Of a stretch of 64,000 nucleotides of DNA, positions 11,649 through 24,520 are shown one piece after another. The first letter of the stretch is position 1. Each line of letters opens with the position of its first letter. Origin of the DNA: Fistulifera solaris (Eukaryota); assembly GCA_030295235.1 (NCBI GenBank), contig AP026133.1:868001-932000 (forward strand), given 5' to 3'. The position numbers and the translations under genes are program-made. A model generated the notes under the pieces. It made no database searches, was not told where the DNA came from, and saw only the letters and a program-made list of their open reading frames with translations.

Positions 11649-14161
11649 ATGAATCATCATCATAATATCACCAACTCTTTCTCGCCGTCACAAATTTGTG
11701 CTTCACTGACGATTCAAGAGGCACACTGGCCCGAATCATGTCCTCCAGAAGAAGGATTTCTTTCTGTTATTACTGGGAATACACATTGTAAATTTGCCTA
11801 TCATGATGGAAGTGATTATCGTCCTCGGTCCTTTTGGAGGTACGTGTTGGAGTGGTGTTCGAAGAAAAGAAAGAAAAGAAATGGAAAGGCACATTACTCA
11901 TCAACATCCTTCTCTTTATTCTTTCTTCTTTTTTTCTTTTTTTCTTATTTAGTATTCCCGTTGCACCGTTGTCACACAACAATCACACGACACAAAATAA
12001 CCGAGACAGTTTTCTGGAATCCATTCCCCATCAATGTACTGCGGCACAAGCCTTGTGGAAATCACCCAATGATACAATCATCAAGCCACTCACACGCGCG
12101 GCCATCTATTATTATCGCGTCACCACGAAACGAATTCCGACCGTCACAATCTATCTCATTTCGACCAATCCTGTTCATGAAAGCATATTAGGACAATGGT
12201 TGCAAGGATTGCCTGTACGATGCATTCGATTGCGTCCGAAGGATGTTGTGTCAATGTCCTTGCCGTATCCGACAATGGGGATGGATCGATTTGTCGCGGT
12301 ACAAGCCATTTCGAAATATCCCGCACTCATTGTAGATGGAGGAACGGCTTTGACGACGACTGTATTGAATGAAAATGGACACATGGTCGGTGGAACGATT
12401 GCACCGGGTTGTATGCGCAATGTCGGGCATTGCATATGGGAAATTTGCCGCTCTTGACACCGGACGAAATACAGCAATTCATGGAACGTAACGAACCTTT
12501 ACCATTGTGGGCGAACAATACTCACGACGCCATGTGGAATGGAGTAATGAGGAGTACGGCTTTGTTCATACGCGCGGTGGTGCGGGAATTTTTGCAGCAG
12601 TATCACGTGCCGGCTAAGAATGGTTCAACAATCGTACATGTGATTGTGACAGGATCGGATGGACCGTTCCTGATGAAATTCTTAAAATCCGAATCATGTC
12701 ACCGATTGTTGGCCCAGATGCCCCGCGATAGTGACTTTGAGTGTGATGACACCACCGTGATGGAATACAATCCACATTTGCTGCATTTTGGCATAACACA
12801 GATTCTGTTGCAGCATCGAGAGAGTAATGATGTCGATGAGTCGTTTCACTCGGAATGGATTGGATTGCGGGTCGCACGGAATGTTGGGCGTGGATATGTG
12901 GATCGGGTCGAACAAACGGAGAATTTGGCACAAGCTTTGTTTCATGTCGTCTATGATCATGGTTGTAGCGAAGTTTTGGGGGTACTGGCATTCTATGGTA
13001 TGTGTCTGTTGCATATTTTGTCGAACTGTATAACTGTTTCTGACAAAAAGGCACTTTCGGGAATCAGATGCTTTGATTCGATACAGTCTAAACGGAGAGA
13101 GTATTGCGACAGTCAACATGACGGAGAGTTCCGCTGTCGAACGAAAACAAAAGGAAGCAGAACGAGCCGCCGCTTTGCTGGTGGAACGGTGTGCCGTCGT
13201 CAAAGAACACAAGGAAAGTACTATTGGTGCCCCGCCTGTGTTTAGTCCAGAGAAAGCGCTGCAAGGGAATGCGTTGTTGCCACATTACATTATACCAAAC
13301 GGGCCAACGCCAGTATTTAGTCCAGGACGAGCCAGGGCGCCACCGAGTCGGAAACGTGGTCGACCTCGAAAGAATTCTCTGTCCCCGCAGCCGATTTTGA
13401 ACGGAGCGATTGCAACAGAAACGAGCAGAAACGTTTCATCACCGCAACTGAGTAGTATCTCATCCAAACGCGGCCGACCTCGCAAGAATCCATTGTCCGC
13501 GACGCTAGTTCCGAATGAGGCGATTGTTGCTAAAACAGGAATGAATGTTTCGGTATCGCAACAGAGTAGCACGCCACGTAAACGTGGTCGACCTCGAACG
13601 AATCCTCTGTCCCTGCAACCGGTTTTGAGTCCAGGTCAAGCGACTAAACGAGGTCGACCTCGAAAGAGTTCTTTGTCCCTGCAACCGGTATCTAATCAGA
13701 ATGAAGCAACTGTAACAGAAAAGGACCTCAATACACTAGCGCTGCCGCAGAGTTCGTCACGCAAACGAGGTCGACCGCGCAAAGATTCTATGCCTACGAG
13801 TCCAGATCGAGCTCCTAGAATGGATCCGAATGACGAGGCAACGGCGTCGCAGCAGAAGCAGAGTACGCCACACAAAGTTGGTCGTCCTCGAAAAAATCCT
13901 ATGAGTTCAAACAAACAAGATCGAAGGCGAAAAGAGTTTCGAAATACTCTGCCTGACGGTGTCCTACCAACGGATTATGTACACCGCCGCGTCGCTAAAT
14001 TCTTTGGGGATGGAAAGACCCCGTTTTACGGAAAAGTTGAGTCTTACGATCCCGAGAGTCAATATTGGAAAATATTGTACGACGATGGAGATGAAGAAGA
14101 AATGGAGTTCTATGAACTAGTTGTTCAATTGAAATGCTATGAAGAGAATAATAATGAGTAG
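11649..14161 (+). CDS. Type III pantothenate kinase (CoaX-like) domain fused to Tudor-like domains and six AT-hooks
   Basis: ITGNTH, MGMDR, IVDGGTALT, GGTIAPG, NTHDAM..GV and VIVTGSDG motifs. Introns 11840-11952 and 12998-13067 join the frames; one-base deletion in the G-run near 12407. Six GRPR[K/T] repeats. C-terminal VAKFFG..FYGKVESYD...WKILYDDGDEEEM. Confidence 0.8.
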
Positions 14162-14813
14162 AACCATGCTTGAGAGCTTGGTAGGCATCTAGTTTCATCT
14201 TCTAAAAGTCTTACGCTAATTCCCAAAACAACATTTAACGCAGACAGCTCCTCCTTTATTCTACCAACTGGGGCCTCGCAATCGAGTTTCGAATCAGCCA
14301 AAGGAGTATACTCCTTTGAATCAGCTATGAGTAGCCTTAGCTCTCTCGTTCTCGAGTGACCACGTTTTTTGTCGTCAGGCGCCGAGAGCTGACTACGGTT
14401 TCATTTCCAACGGAAAAGGATCGTGTTAAATAGTGTGCGTGGTACATAATGGTGATATAATTCGTTTCCTGACACTACGTAGTACTTCAAGTAGAGGGAC
14501 AGCACATTATTCCGCGATTCCGTTCGACCAATACTCCCCCTTCCGCGCAACGTGTTTTCCCACGATCGCTCCCTACGAACGATCTCCGCTGTCAACAAAG
14601 AGAAAAGAGATGCAAGAGGAACTGAGGTGAAAGAGCTTTTTTAGAAAAGGCTTTCATTGCTTTCCACTCGAATGTTGAACTCATCCAGCAAAAGTGAAAG
14701 GACCAAATTGTAGATTGGACTTTGCACAAATTAATAGGGTACTTTCCGTGAGCACTTGAATGACAAGCGGAGCGTGAAAGGTATTATCAAATTCCCCCCT
14801 CACCTCCGACACC

Positions 14814-16048
14814 ATGTCTGGAAAGAGTTATATGTGGCGTGTGGCAGCGCTTCTAGTTGTAATGGGTCATGTGATACTACTCGCAAGTCGATCGCTACCT
14901 TCATTCAATATACCGCGACAATCGCAGCAACGCCAGCTTTCGACGAAAGAATCTCGAACGTGCTCTCTTTCCGAGGAAACATTACGCTTCCAGTTTCATG
15001 AATGGACGAAGACTTATCGTCTCGTCTCGGATGGTACAACCGCCGATGAACGATGGAAATGGACCGTTGATAATTCCTTCAATCAATCCGTAGCGAATAA
15101 GGGGACAAATATTTCCAATCAGAACGAAACGAACCGACTGTTACAAGCCGGAAACAGCAACAATACGACAACGAATCCGGTGACGTTGCGAACCTTTCAC
15201 AAACCAACGGAGCCATTATTGAAGTACGCGCGTGTTGGTGTGCCGAAGCTTATCTGCATCGACCTATTGAATATTGCCCGGCCAGTTTTGATACATGCCT
15301 CGTACGAGGAGAGGAAGGTTTGGTATCATGCTACACGACTACCGGCTCTCATGGTTTTATGAGAAGCTTTTGGCCGTTGGCGTCGTTCTGGATTCTGGCG
15401 CTGGCTTATGCTTTGACATGTACGGACGGAGGTACTTGGGCGCGGCAATACATTCGACGGATACTTGCGCATCCCTCGGAGGGCCAAGTCATGTTGGAGG
15501 AAAATTTGGATCAGTTGCTGGAGGAACGACCCGAACACGCCGTGTTTTTATATCGACAAGCAGTCATGCGGATACGACAAGCCTATTTGGAACCGAGACG
15601 GCGGCGGGAATGGTTTTCCACCTCGAGCGATTCGGATGAATCGCACGCAACGCCAGATGGTGGGGATTTTTTGGAGGCCCCTCGCGATGCATTAATATTA
15701 AAAATCACGACGTATGACGAACCGTCCTCGATGGCACTTCGAACGTCATCCGTGGCAAGGAATAACACGACATCATGGCGTTATGATCAAATCACTTTTC
15801 AGCAAATGGATAGTCAAATGGAGCAAGGACTCCGATGCGCTATTTGTTTGGTGCGTCTGGAGCAGGGAGATGCTGTAGGAGATATTCCTTGCGGCCATGT
15901 ATATCACAAAGCTTGCTTAAAAAGTTGGTTACCGCAAGCCAATCGCTGTCCCTTGTGTCGACACCCTGAAATTGCTACTTTACGGACACGTCGCCCCATT
16001 TCGCAACCAGCATCTATCAGCGAGCTATCAATAGCTCAAATTTACTAA
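14814..16048 (+). CDS. Membrane-anchored RING-H2 E3 ubiquitin ligase-like protein (frameshift near 15320)
   Basis: CAICLVRLEQGDAVGDIPCGHVYHKACLKSWLPQANRCPLCR is a RING-H2 finger. N-terminal hydrophobic signal and a TM segment (FWPLASFWILALAYAL). Confidence 0.8.
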
Positions 16049-17004
16049 ACTAGAACTTTTCAAAAATTTGCAAGTGTAGCTAACAAAGCTATCCATGTTC
16101 CTTCAATGTGCTAATGGGTTGAGACTGGAGAGCCTTAGTCCAAAGTCTCAATGCGAAAAATAATAATATGGGGTAACATCGCGATCTCCTGTCCGTCAAC
16201 TGCGTGGAATGGGTTTGCTCAGTCGCCTGCCTGTCCACCAGCCTCCAACTTCAACGCGGAGTCGAACCTCCGCCTACGCGCAAGTCCTACCGCGACAGTC
16301 AACCACAAGGAGACGATGCTACCTTGCTGATAATCCGGATCTATATAAAATCGACATTGTTTGATACTCTACACACTGCATATCGACAATTTAACGACAA
16401 CAATTACCTAATATACATTTCTAATTTCCTAAAGTCAGAATCTAATTATGACATTCGACTGAATTTTCCATTTTTTGTTTCATTTTTTCACATATATTCC
16501 AATCTGGCACTTAGCTGAGTAGGCTTTGGTTCTAGCTCTAGCTCTAGTGCTAGTAGAGGGCCAGGCCAGTCCAGAGTCCAGAGCCAGAGCCCGTCTCCCA
16601 ATGACAATGAGGGCGAGACCGTAAATTTTTTGTTTTTTGACATTCTTTCACGACTAAATTTTTAGTTTTTAGGTCGCTGCACTTAGTACTTCTGATAGGA
16701 GTCTTGAGTCCCGGGTTTCCTATTTCATTGACAGTGTCACACTTCACAATAGTAAACAGTACAGTTTGTAAGTTCAAGAATCAAAGTCATACCTGGTAAT
16801 AATGATGGACAATGCAACAATGACATGACATCGAAAAAATGAGATCCTTGATCCTCTCGATCTTTGATTTTTTGAAGTTTGATCTTTCGCTCCTCGCCAC
16901 ACGCCTGTCCCACCTTGTGACACCTTGTGCGAAGCACAAGGTACGCTGCAAGCGCTATTTCCATTCAATTGTTGATTATTTACCAAGTTACGTGTTACAG
17001 CAAG

Positions 17005-17619
17005 ATGACAATCCGTTCTCTGCTTTTCATCATTCTAGCGTGCGCCCTCTCGAAGCCCGCGGAGCCCGTGCTCTGCGCCATTTTTAAGGAAAATATCGAC
17101 GCAGACAATTTTGCTTGTCGGAACCGACCAGACTTAAATTTGTTGGGAGGACCTGGGTGTCGTATTTCCTGTTTGGCCAAGAACTCTACCTGCACTGAAC
17201 TAGGAGATGAAGGTGAAGTCTGCGGAAAACTCCGTATACGTGTAGGATTCTATGCCCTGGGAAAGGCCGTTTACCAATTCTGCCTCATTCCAGACGGCGG
17301 CTTCTTGACGGGCTACTTTGGCCGATACTGCTTGTCCGTGCGATACTGTGCCTTGCGGCGCCGCGCATGCGGTTGCCGTATCGTCGCCGATGGGAGACCC
17401 TGCCGCTGCCGAATCGAGATAAACAATGGAAATCCTGAGGTTGTTGGCAATTGCCCTTTTGTTGATCAGGATAACACGACGAACATTATGACAGCCTATC
17501 TGCCAAGTGACGAAGACATTGAAGACGATATCGAGATGTTTATTACGGATGCTTCAGCTGCGGAACAATTCAATGATGCGTACTCGTTGTTTCTTGATCA
17601 TTTGGCCTCGCTCGAGTGA
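17005..17619 (+). CDS. Secreted Cys-rich protein with an acidic tail, paralog A
   Basis: Signal peptide MTIRSLLFIILACALSKPA, many Cys, D/E-rich C-terminus; clear paralog at 18268. Confidence 0.8.
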   Translation: MTIRSLLFIILACALSKPAEPVLCAIFKENIDADNFACRNRPDLNLLGGPGCRISCLAKNSTCTELGDEGEVCGKLRIRVGFYALGKAVYQFCLIPDGGFLTGYFGRYCLSVRYCALRRRACGCRIVADGRPCRCRIEINNGNPEVVGNCPFVDQDNTTNIMTAYLPSDEDIEDDIEMFITDASAAEQFNDAYSLFLDHLASLE

Positions 17620-18267
17620 ATCATAGACTTCCATTGGTGGTTCTTTGTTGGAGAGCAGAATGAAATTCAATTATTACGTAGTTCTCGTTCTTTAATAGTG
17701 AGACGTTTTCGTATAATTTTCCTCTAGAAAGTAATGGTGACGCATTAGTTCGTGGCCCGTCAGTCTGGGGACTTGGGACCAGAATGAATGGGAGATCCGT
17801 TATCATTATCATTTATCATTCTACTATCTCATACGTTTCCTCATTCCTCTATGGTTTTTCGTTTTTTCTGCATCCTGCATTGCAAAGCGATTTAAAAAAT
17901 GTACAGACGATAGGGGGCTGCGATAGACTAGCTACAAAGTAGTCACTCTCCAGAGAGAGATAGAGACTGTACGTAGTACCTATACTACGTAGTAGGCTCT
18001 AGGCATTTTACCGTTTAGCCTTACCAGTACTATTATGATAAACAAAAACCGTTTCTGTCTTTGTACTTTTGTAGATGTAGTCCAAAATGGCTAAAGGTTC
18101 CAGTGAACTTCTGAGTACTTTTTACTGTCGAACCGAAAACGGATTCATTGTTCCATTCTCTTTCGAAAGATTAAGAATTAAGAAGAAATATTGGGGAACT
18201 GGATGAACTGTCCCAACTTTACTCACCGTTTCAATCACAAATAAAGCATCAAGGATAACAAACTAAC

Positions 18268-18904
18268 ATGAAAGTCAACTCCTTTTTCATCCTCCTTCTT
18301 ACCCTCAGTCGGCTCATCCCGACGGCGTCCGTGGTCTGTCGCATCCTTGCCGATGATTTCGAAAACGAATTGGTTTCGTTCAACTGTCGCAACCGTCCTG
18401 ACTTTAATCTGTTGGGTGGTCCGGGGTGTCAGTTCACTTGCCTAGCCAAAAACTCAACGTGTTCCGAACTGGATGGTGGTGAAGTTTGTGGCAAGTTTCG
18501 TTTTCGCGGAGGGTTCTATGCCTTTGGGAAGACCGTGGCAGAGTTCTGCCTCATACCAGACGGTGGGCTTCTGGCGGGGCGATTCGGTCGTTACTGCGTA
18601 ACGTTTCGAGTATGCCTCCTTCAGGGGGGGTCTCTGTGGTTGCCGCGTTGTCGCTGATGGACGGCGTTGCCGATGCCGTATTGAGACTGTGGATGGAGAA
18701 CCCACACCGGTGTCGAATTGTCCTTTCTACACCAATGATCCAAGTCAACCAGAACGTTCTGCGGCGGGATTCTTTCCGAGTGAACATGAATTTGAAGCAG
18801 AAATGTCATTGATTGTTGGTGATGATGATGGGTTGCAGTATAACGTCGAAGAAGCATACTCGTCTTTTCTCCATCTTTTTGGGTCGAGGAATAGTAGTAC
18901 ATGA
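18268..18904 (+). CDS. Secreted Cys-rich protein with an acidic tail, paralog B (frameshift in the G-run near 18625)
   Basis: Shares CRNRPDxNLLGGPGC, CLAKNSTC, GEVCGK, FCLIPDGG, FGRYC, CGCRxVADGRxCRCRIE and xxAYSxFL with paralog A. Confidence 0.78.
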
Positions 18905-19313
18905 AGAATGGATGAACTGCCGTTAAAAAATCCTAATCCCTCGCTTGTGCGCAGTCTCGTGGCTCGTTGCCAGGATGTCGTCGTCCTTTTCATGTTTCAC
19001 GTTTTACGCCTACATTATTTTTTTTTTGGTCTAAGAGGTTTAGAATAATGATTATCAACGGACATAATGTAAATTGCACTACACTCGCATATAAAGTACT
19101 AAGCCACGTATCAGAAAGTCGACGTGGAAGGAAAAGATCCACGACCCGCACAACTTCATTCGGAACAGTGCAAACGCGAGGATAAATAATACAGTAAATA
19201 ATAGGATCGCTCAAAAAATCGTCACGTGTCGCTTGCGGCAAAACATTCGACGTGCTAGATAGCAATCGTTTGTCCTATTTCTTGATATTAATCTATCGCA
19301 ATCCTTTTGCATC

Positions 19314-21136
19314 ATGTTAGACGATAAAACGCTTGTAGAATACTTCGCGGAAGTCACCGTCCCCAAGATGGGCGATCGCATATTCATGACGCAGCCCATG
19401 GGAGGTGACAAAGTTGTTACCTACACCTTCAAGCAAGTTCTAGAAGAAGCTAAAAAGGTAGCCGGGTACATTGAAAGTCTGCAGCTGCCTCCAAAGTCGC
19501 AAATTGCCATTATGAGCAAGAACTGTGCTTGGTGGATCATTGCCGATTTGGGTATATGGATGAGTGGGCACGTCTCGGTGCCGGTGTACCCCACATTGAC
19601 AACGGAAACGACCAAATTCATTTTGGAGCACTCGGAGTCGAAGCTTTTGTTCGTAGGAAAGCTCGATGAACACCCGTGGAAGGAAATGAAGAACGGTATT
19701 CCCGACGGAATCCCCACGATCTCGTTTCCTCTCTGCCCCGAGGGTCAATGTGCGGAGAAGACGTGGAAAGAAGCTTTTTCGAAGGCGAAACCGATCGCTA
19801 CTCCGGTCAAGCGCTCTTTGGAGGAAATGGCAACCATTATCTATACTTCGGGTAGGCATTTCGTTAGATAGGTTGTGCTTGAAAGTTTGCATAGAAACTC
19901 AACTCTCATTTTTTCGCAGGATCAACGGGAAATCCTAAGGGTGTCATGACGAGCTTCAAAGCCATGCGCGATACGACAGAGGGGCTTGTCAAAGTCCTCA
20001 AAGTAACCAGCAATGATCGTTACTTGTCGTACTTGCCTGTGGCTCACGGTATGGAACGCTGGATCGGAGAAGTAAGTGTTTTTCTCGTTGCTGTCCTTCA
20101 AAATTAGGATGAAAATCTCAATCACTGCGTGAATTGCAGTGCATTCCTTTGTACTCGGGAGAACATCTCTACTTTGCCGAGTCGCTCAACACGTTTGTTG
20201 CGGATCTGAACCGGTGTCGTCCTACTTTGTTCCTTTCGGTCCCCCGTCTCTGGACTAAATTCCAAGCCGGTGTGTTCACTAAAATGCCGGAGAAGAAACT
20301 TAGTACGCTATTGAGCATTCCCTTGATCAGCTTTCTCGTCAAGAAGAAAATTCTCAAAGGGCTGGGTCTTGATTGCGTTCGCTACGCTGGTTCTGGTTCG
20401 GCCCCAATCCCTGCCGAGCTCATTGCTTGGTATCGTCGCCTCGGTCTTGAATTGTTGGAGGGGTACGGTATGACAGAAAACTTCAACTACTCGCATGTCA
20501 GTCGACCCGGAAAGTCACGCGTTGGCTATGTGGGTAACACGTACGATGATGTCGAACATCGTATTGCTGAGGACGGAGAGATTCAGGTCAAGACCCCTGG
20601 CAAGATGATGGGCTACTTCAAAACGATGAAGCCACCAAGGAGGCTATTACGGATGATGGATGGGTCCGTACGGGTGACAAGGAGAAATTGACGCACAAGG
20701 GCGTCTGAAAATCACGGGTCGTACCAAAGACATTTTCAAAACAAGCAAAGGAAAGTACGTTGTTCCTGCTCCTATTGAGAATCAGTTTGTAGCGAATCAT
20801 TTGGTCGATTTGGCGTGTGTCTGTGGACGATCGGCCCCACAACCGCACGCTATTCTCCAATTGTCGGAAGGACCCAAGGCCAAAGCCGCCAATGCAGCAG
20901 ACCGTGAAGCTATGGGCAAGGAGCTGGAAGAGTATTTCACAAAGACGATCAATCCGTCGTTGGATGCCCACGAGCACTTGGACTTCATTGTGATTGTCAA
21001 GGATGACTGGCTTCCTGAAAACGGCTTTTGACTCCTACTCAAAAGATCAAGCGAAGCTTTATTGAGGATGCCTACGGCTCGAAAGTTGATGCGTGGTATG
21101 CAGAAAAGAAGAAAAGTCATCTGGTATGGATGGTAG
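19314..21136 (+). CDS. Long-chain acyl-CoA synthetase / AMP-binding enzyme (2 introns, several homopolymer indels)
   Basis: IIYTSG|STGNPKGV across the intron at ~19852-19919; LSYLPVAH, FLSVPRLW, EGYGMTE, RTGD, ITGRTKDIFKTSKGKYVVPAPIEN; ends KVIWYGW*. Confidence 0.9.
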
Positions 21137-21407
21137 ATTACTCGCTCTTAAACCGATGGCTTTCCGAGAACGTTTTAGATATCCGATAATATATGTTAGG
21201 TACTTTGCAGTTATAATAAATATACTTGATGCGATTGAAAAGGATATTTGAACGATGTTATGTTCACGAAAGGCGAGTCGTATCACCATCCTTAACTCCA
21301 ATGCACAAGCAAGACGCTCCAAGATACGCAGAAAAAACAGCTGTCATCTCCGAACATTTATCACTTTCTTCGTTGCTCGCCATTATATTGTCATCATTGG
21401 CTGTCTT

Positions 21408-22706
21408 ATGTCTTTCTCAACCGAGATCAAAAGCGTCTTTGAAGAGGACGCTGTTCCGCGTAACAATACTTCCAGGCGATGTCCACGTTTCCTGCCTCGT
21501 ACACTCCATCGACGCTTTCCTGCCCAAAAAACCGTTCCGCGTTCTTTAACAGTTCATCTGGCTGCGATGAAGGATCATAAAAATGTGGTTGAGACACGCT
21601 TTTACCAGCGAAAGGGTGATATTCGGTGCACGCTTTGCTCTACTCGACCACGTGTGAGTACCAATCGAATTCACTTCATAATTGTTGCTGGCCATAGAAG
21701 TCACTCATTTTTTCTTCAAGATGAAAGACAGACACACCCTTTGGATTCATTGTGCTCGAAAGCATTTAGATTTGAACCCGGAGTTAATTAGGTTAAGCGA
21801 CGGAAATGTAAGTCCACTTTCCCAAGGCACGTTCTTTCTACTGATTTTCTTACATTTAGTGGTTTGTGTTTCGCTTTTGTCAACCTCAGGTTCGGTTACT
21901 TCTTAGCCAAAAAAGAAGAGTGTCTGATGACAAGTTACACCCAAGCAAAAGTATCCTCGAGATGAGCTGTCTCCTTTATTGTCACGATGTGCGTTTGAAT
22001 CAATTAGCTGCAATAAAGCCACCTAATAGCGTCAACCTGCCAAAGCGTGTTTATTACGACTCAGTGTTTAAAGTCGCTCAATCTGACGCTGTGTGGCTGG
22101 TCGATGTCGACAGTGACGATGAAGCAAGGGATCATATAAGCTCTCTCAAGGACACGGACGCTGTAAGTGAAAAGATCTCTGGTGTTGAGTCGACTATGTG
22201 CGGCTTAAACTCATTCTCTTTATTATAAAATACAGGAAATCAATGATTTCACCGATGTTACTCCTGGTCAAAAGCGTTTCATGAAATTGTGGAATCATTT
22301 TCTTGCCCATCGAAGTGATGGTGTTACACTCGCCCCGAAGCAGCTGCCATCCCTTTGTGTGGATTTTGCCCGGTACTTTGCGCAGTTTAGCACCTGCGAT
22401 GATGATGAAAAGCAATTCATTTGTTGCTTATTCAATTTTATGGATGAAAACTATTTGGGAGCGTTGCAAGCGGAGGAAATCATTGCTGTGTATCGTTGTG
22501 CGCGGAAAATTTCATTGCAAGAGAATGCTCCCGAGGCAGAATTCTCTTCCTTATCGCTACCTACTCGGTCGGCATCAAAACAATCTTCCAACGTGGAATA
22601 CAACGACTCATACGCAGCTGACGAGTCGGAGTCACAAATATCGTTAGAATCTGATCATGAGAATTTTCTTTCTAAGAATCGCGAGAGCAAAGAGACTAAT
22701 GCATGA
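21408..22706 (+). CDS. SUZ12/EMF2-like Polycomb (PRC2) protein with a VEFS-box
   Basis: PRFLPRTL N-terminal motif; CTLC...HCARKH putative zinc finger. VEFS-like segments RVYYDS, DSDDE, INDFTDVTPGQKRFMKLWNHFL and LPSLCVDFARYF. Probable introns at ~21654-21697, ~21808-21889 and ~22163-22235. Confidence 0.75.
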
Positions 22707-23569
22707 GTTTGCAGAGAATACAACCAGCTATGCGAGTTTGTGTCTGAGTTATGAGCTTTCAGCTTTCTTTGGATCAATTGTGGGATTCTTTCATGCTTCA
22801 ATCCATTTCAAGCCATCGCCGACGAAATTAACATGGTATGTAATCATCACACACAGAAAGCTTAAACAGTCGTGCATTTGTAATATATTTAGAGATAATG
22901 TAAGTTTATTGTTTCGAACTTAATCTATGCTACGTTTCCGCTACGATTGCAATTGCGCCTGTTGTGTCAGTCTAAATGGAACAAAGACTGGCAGCAACTA
23001 CGCTGGGAGAGGTTCTCATCTTTGAAGAAATTAAATCTGGAAAACCAGTATTGCCTTCCGATCAAACAACGTCTTGATCCTACGGGTGTCCTTCGGTTAT
23101 CCAATCGCCGCGGACACACTATGTGTTCACTTGCGAATGTTGGTAATAAACCTCTGTGCCTTAGAAACCAATTCTTACCACTAACCGCGGAAGTTGACGA
23201 CCGCGATGGGGCAACGCCGATCCCTTGAGCATCAATGCTATTGGATAGATCTCTGTAAATCATGTTGCACCTCGCCATTGTGGTTTCAAGACTCTCTCAA
23301 TCCTTTCACTCTTATGATTTCGTGAGCTGGTTTTCGTCTTTTCTGCCTCCTAATTGCTTTCTGTTATCGTGGCTTTAGCCGATTACCGTACCCAGTGATT
23401 CTTTAGGGACTTTTTTGGATGGAGCAACACCTCCAAGCAAAGGCAGTGATCAACCCAGTCAGTTCGTGGAGTTTTAGTAGCAGGTATCAATGAAGCAAAG
23501 CCTTAGTAGGTGCGATACAGAGAGGTGAATTCACCGGAATCACAATAATAATCATTATCGAAAGCCGAT

Positions 23570-24520
23570 CCAAGAAATCAGTGGTATTCACACTGGTCCA
23601 GAAAATCTGGACCAGTTGTAATGTCACGGTCCCAGGAAATCTGGGAGAGTGGTATTTACATTGGTCCAGAAAATCTGGACCAGTTGTATTGTCACGTCCC
23701 CCGAAAGTCTGGGAGAGAATATTTTAACTGGTCCAGAAAATCTGGACCTTTTGTATAGTCCGTTCCCAGAAATTCTGGGTGAAGGTATTTTCACTGGTCC
23801 AGAAAATCTGGACCAGTTGTATTTTACCTCTCCAGAAAATCAGGGGGAGTGGTATTTACACGAGTCCAGAAAATCTGGACCAGTTGTATTTTCAGTTTCC
23901 CAGAAAATCTGGGGAAAGATATTATCACAGGTCCAGAAAATCTGGACCAGTTGTATTGTCACGGTCCCAGAAAATCTGGGATTTTGGTATTTTCACTGGT
24001 CCAGAAAATCTGGACTAGTTGTATTTTCAACGTCACCAGAAAATCTGGGGTTGTGTTATTTACACTGGTCAAGAAAATCTGGACCTTTTGTATTGTCCGT
24101 TCCCAAAAAATCTGGGGGTGTGGTATTTTTACTGGTCCAGAAAATCTGGACCAGTTGTATTTTTAACTTCCCCAGTAAATCTTGGGCTCTATTACTTACT
24201 TTTCCAGGAAATCTCGAGGAATGGTATTTACCCTGGTCCAGAAAATCTGGACCAGTTATATTTTCAACGTAACCAGAAAATCTGGACCATTTTATTTTCA
24301 ACTTCCCCAATAAATCTTGGGCTGTATTATTTACGTATCCAGGAAATCTGGGAGAGTGGTTTTACATTGGTCCAGAAAATCTGGACCAGTTGTATTTTCA
24401 GCTTCCCAGAAAATCTGGGGGAAGGTATTTTCACTGGTCCAGAAAATCTGGACTATTTGTATTGTCCGTTCCCAGAAAATCTGGGTGATTGGTATTTACT
24501 GTCCGGAAAATCTGGTTCTA
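23570..24520. repeat. Tandem array of ~28 hairpin monomers (~34 bp) arranged as A/B dimers (~68-bp period)
   Basis: A = CTGGTCCAGA-AAA-TCTGGACCAG (perfect 10-bp stem). B = CCCAGA-AAA-TCTGGG. Linkers are GTATT-like. A copies start at 23593, 23661, 23728 and onward. Confidence 0.95.

Noticed and set aside
23570..24520. CRISPR array
   Set aside because: The linkers are short and related to each other rather than unique spacers, there are no cas genes, and the context is eukaryotic.
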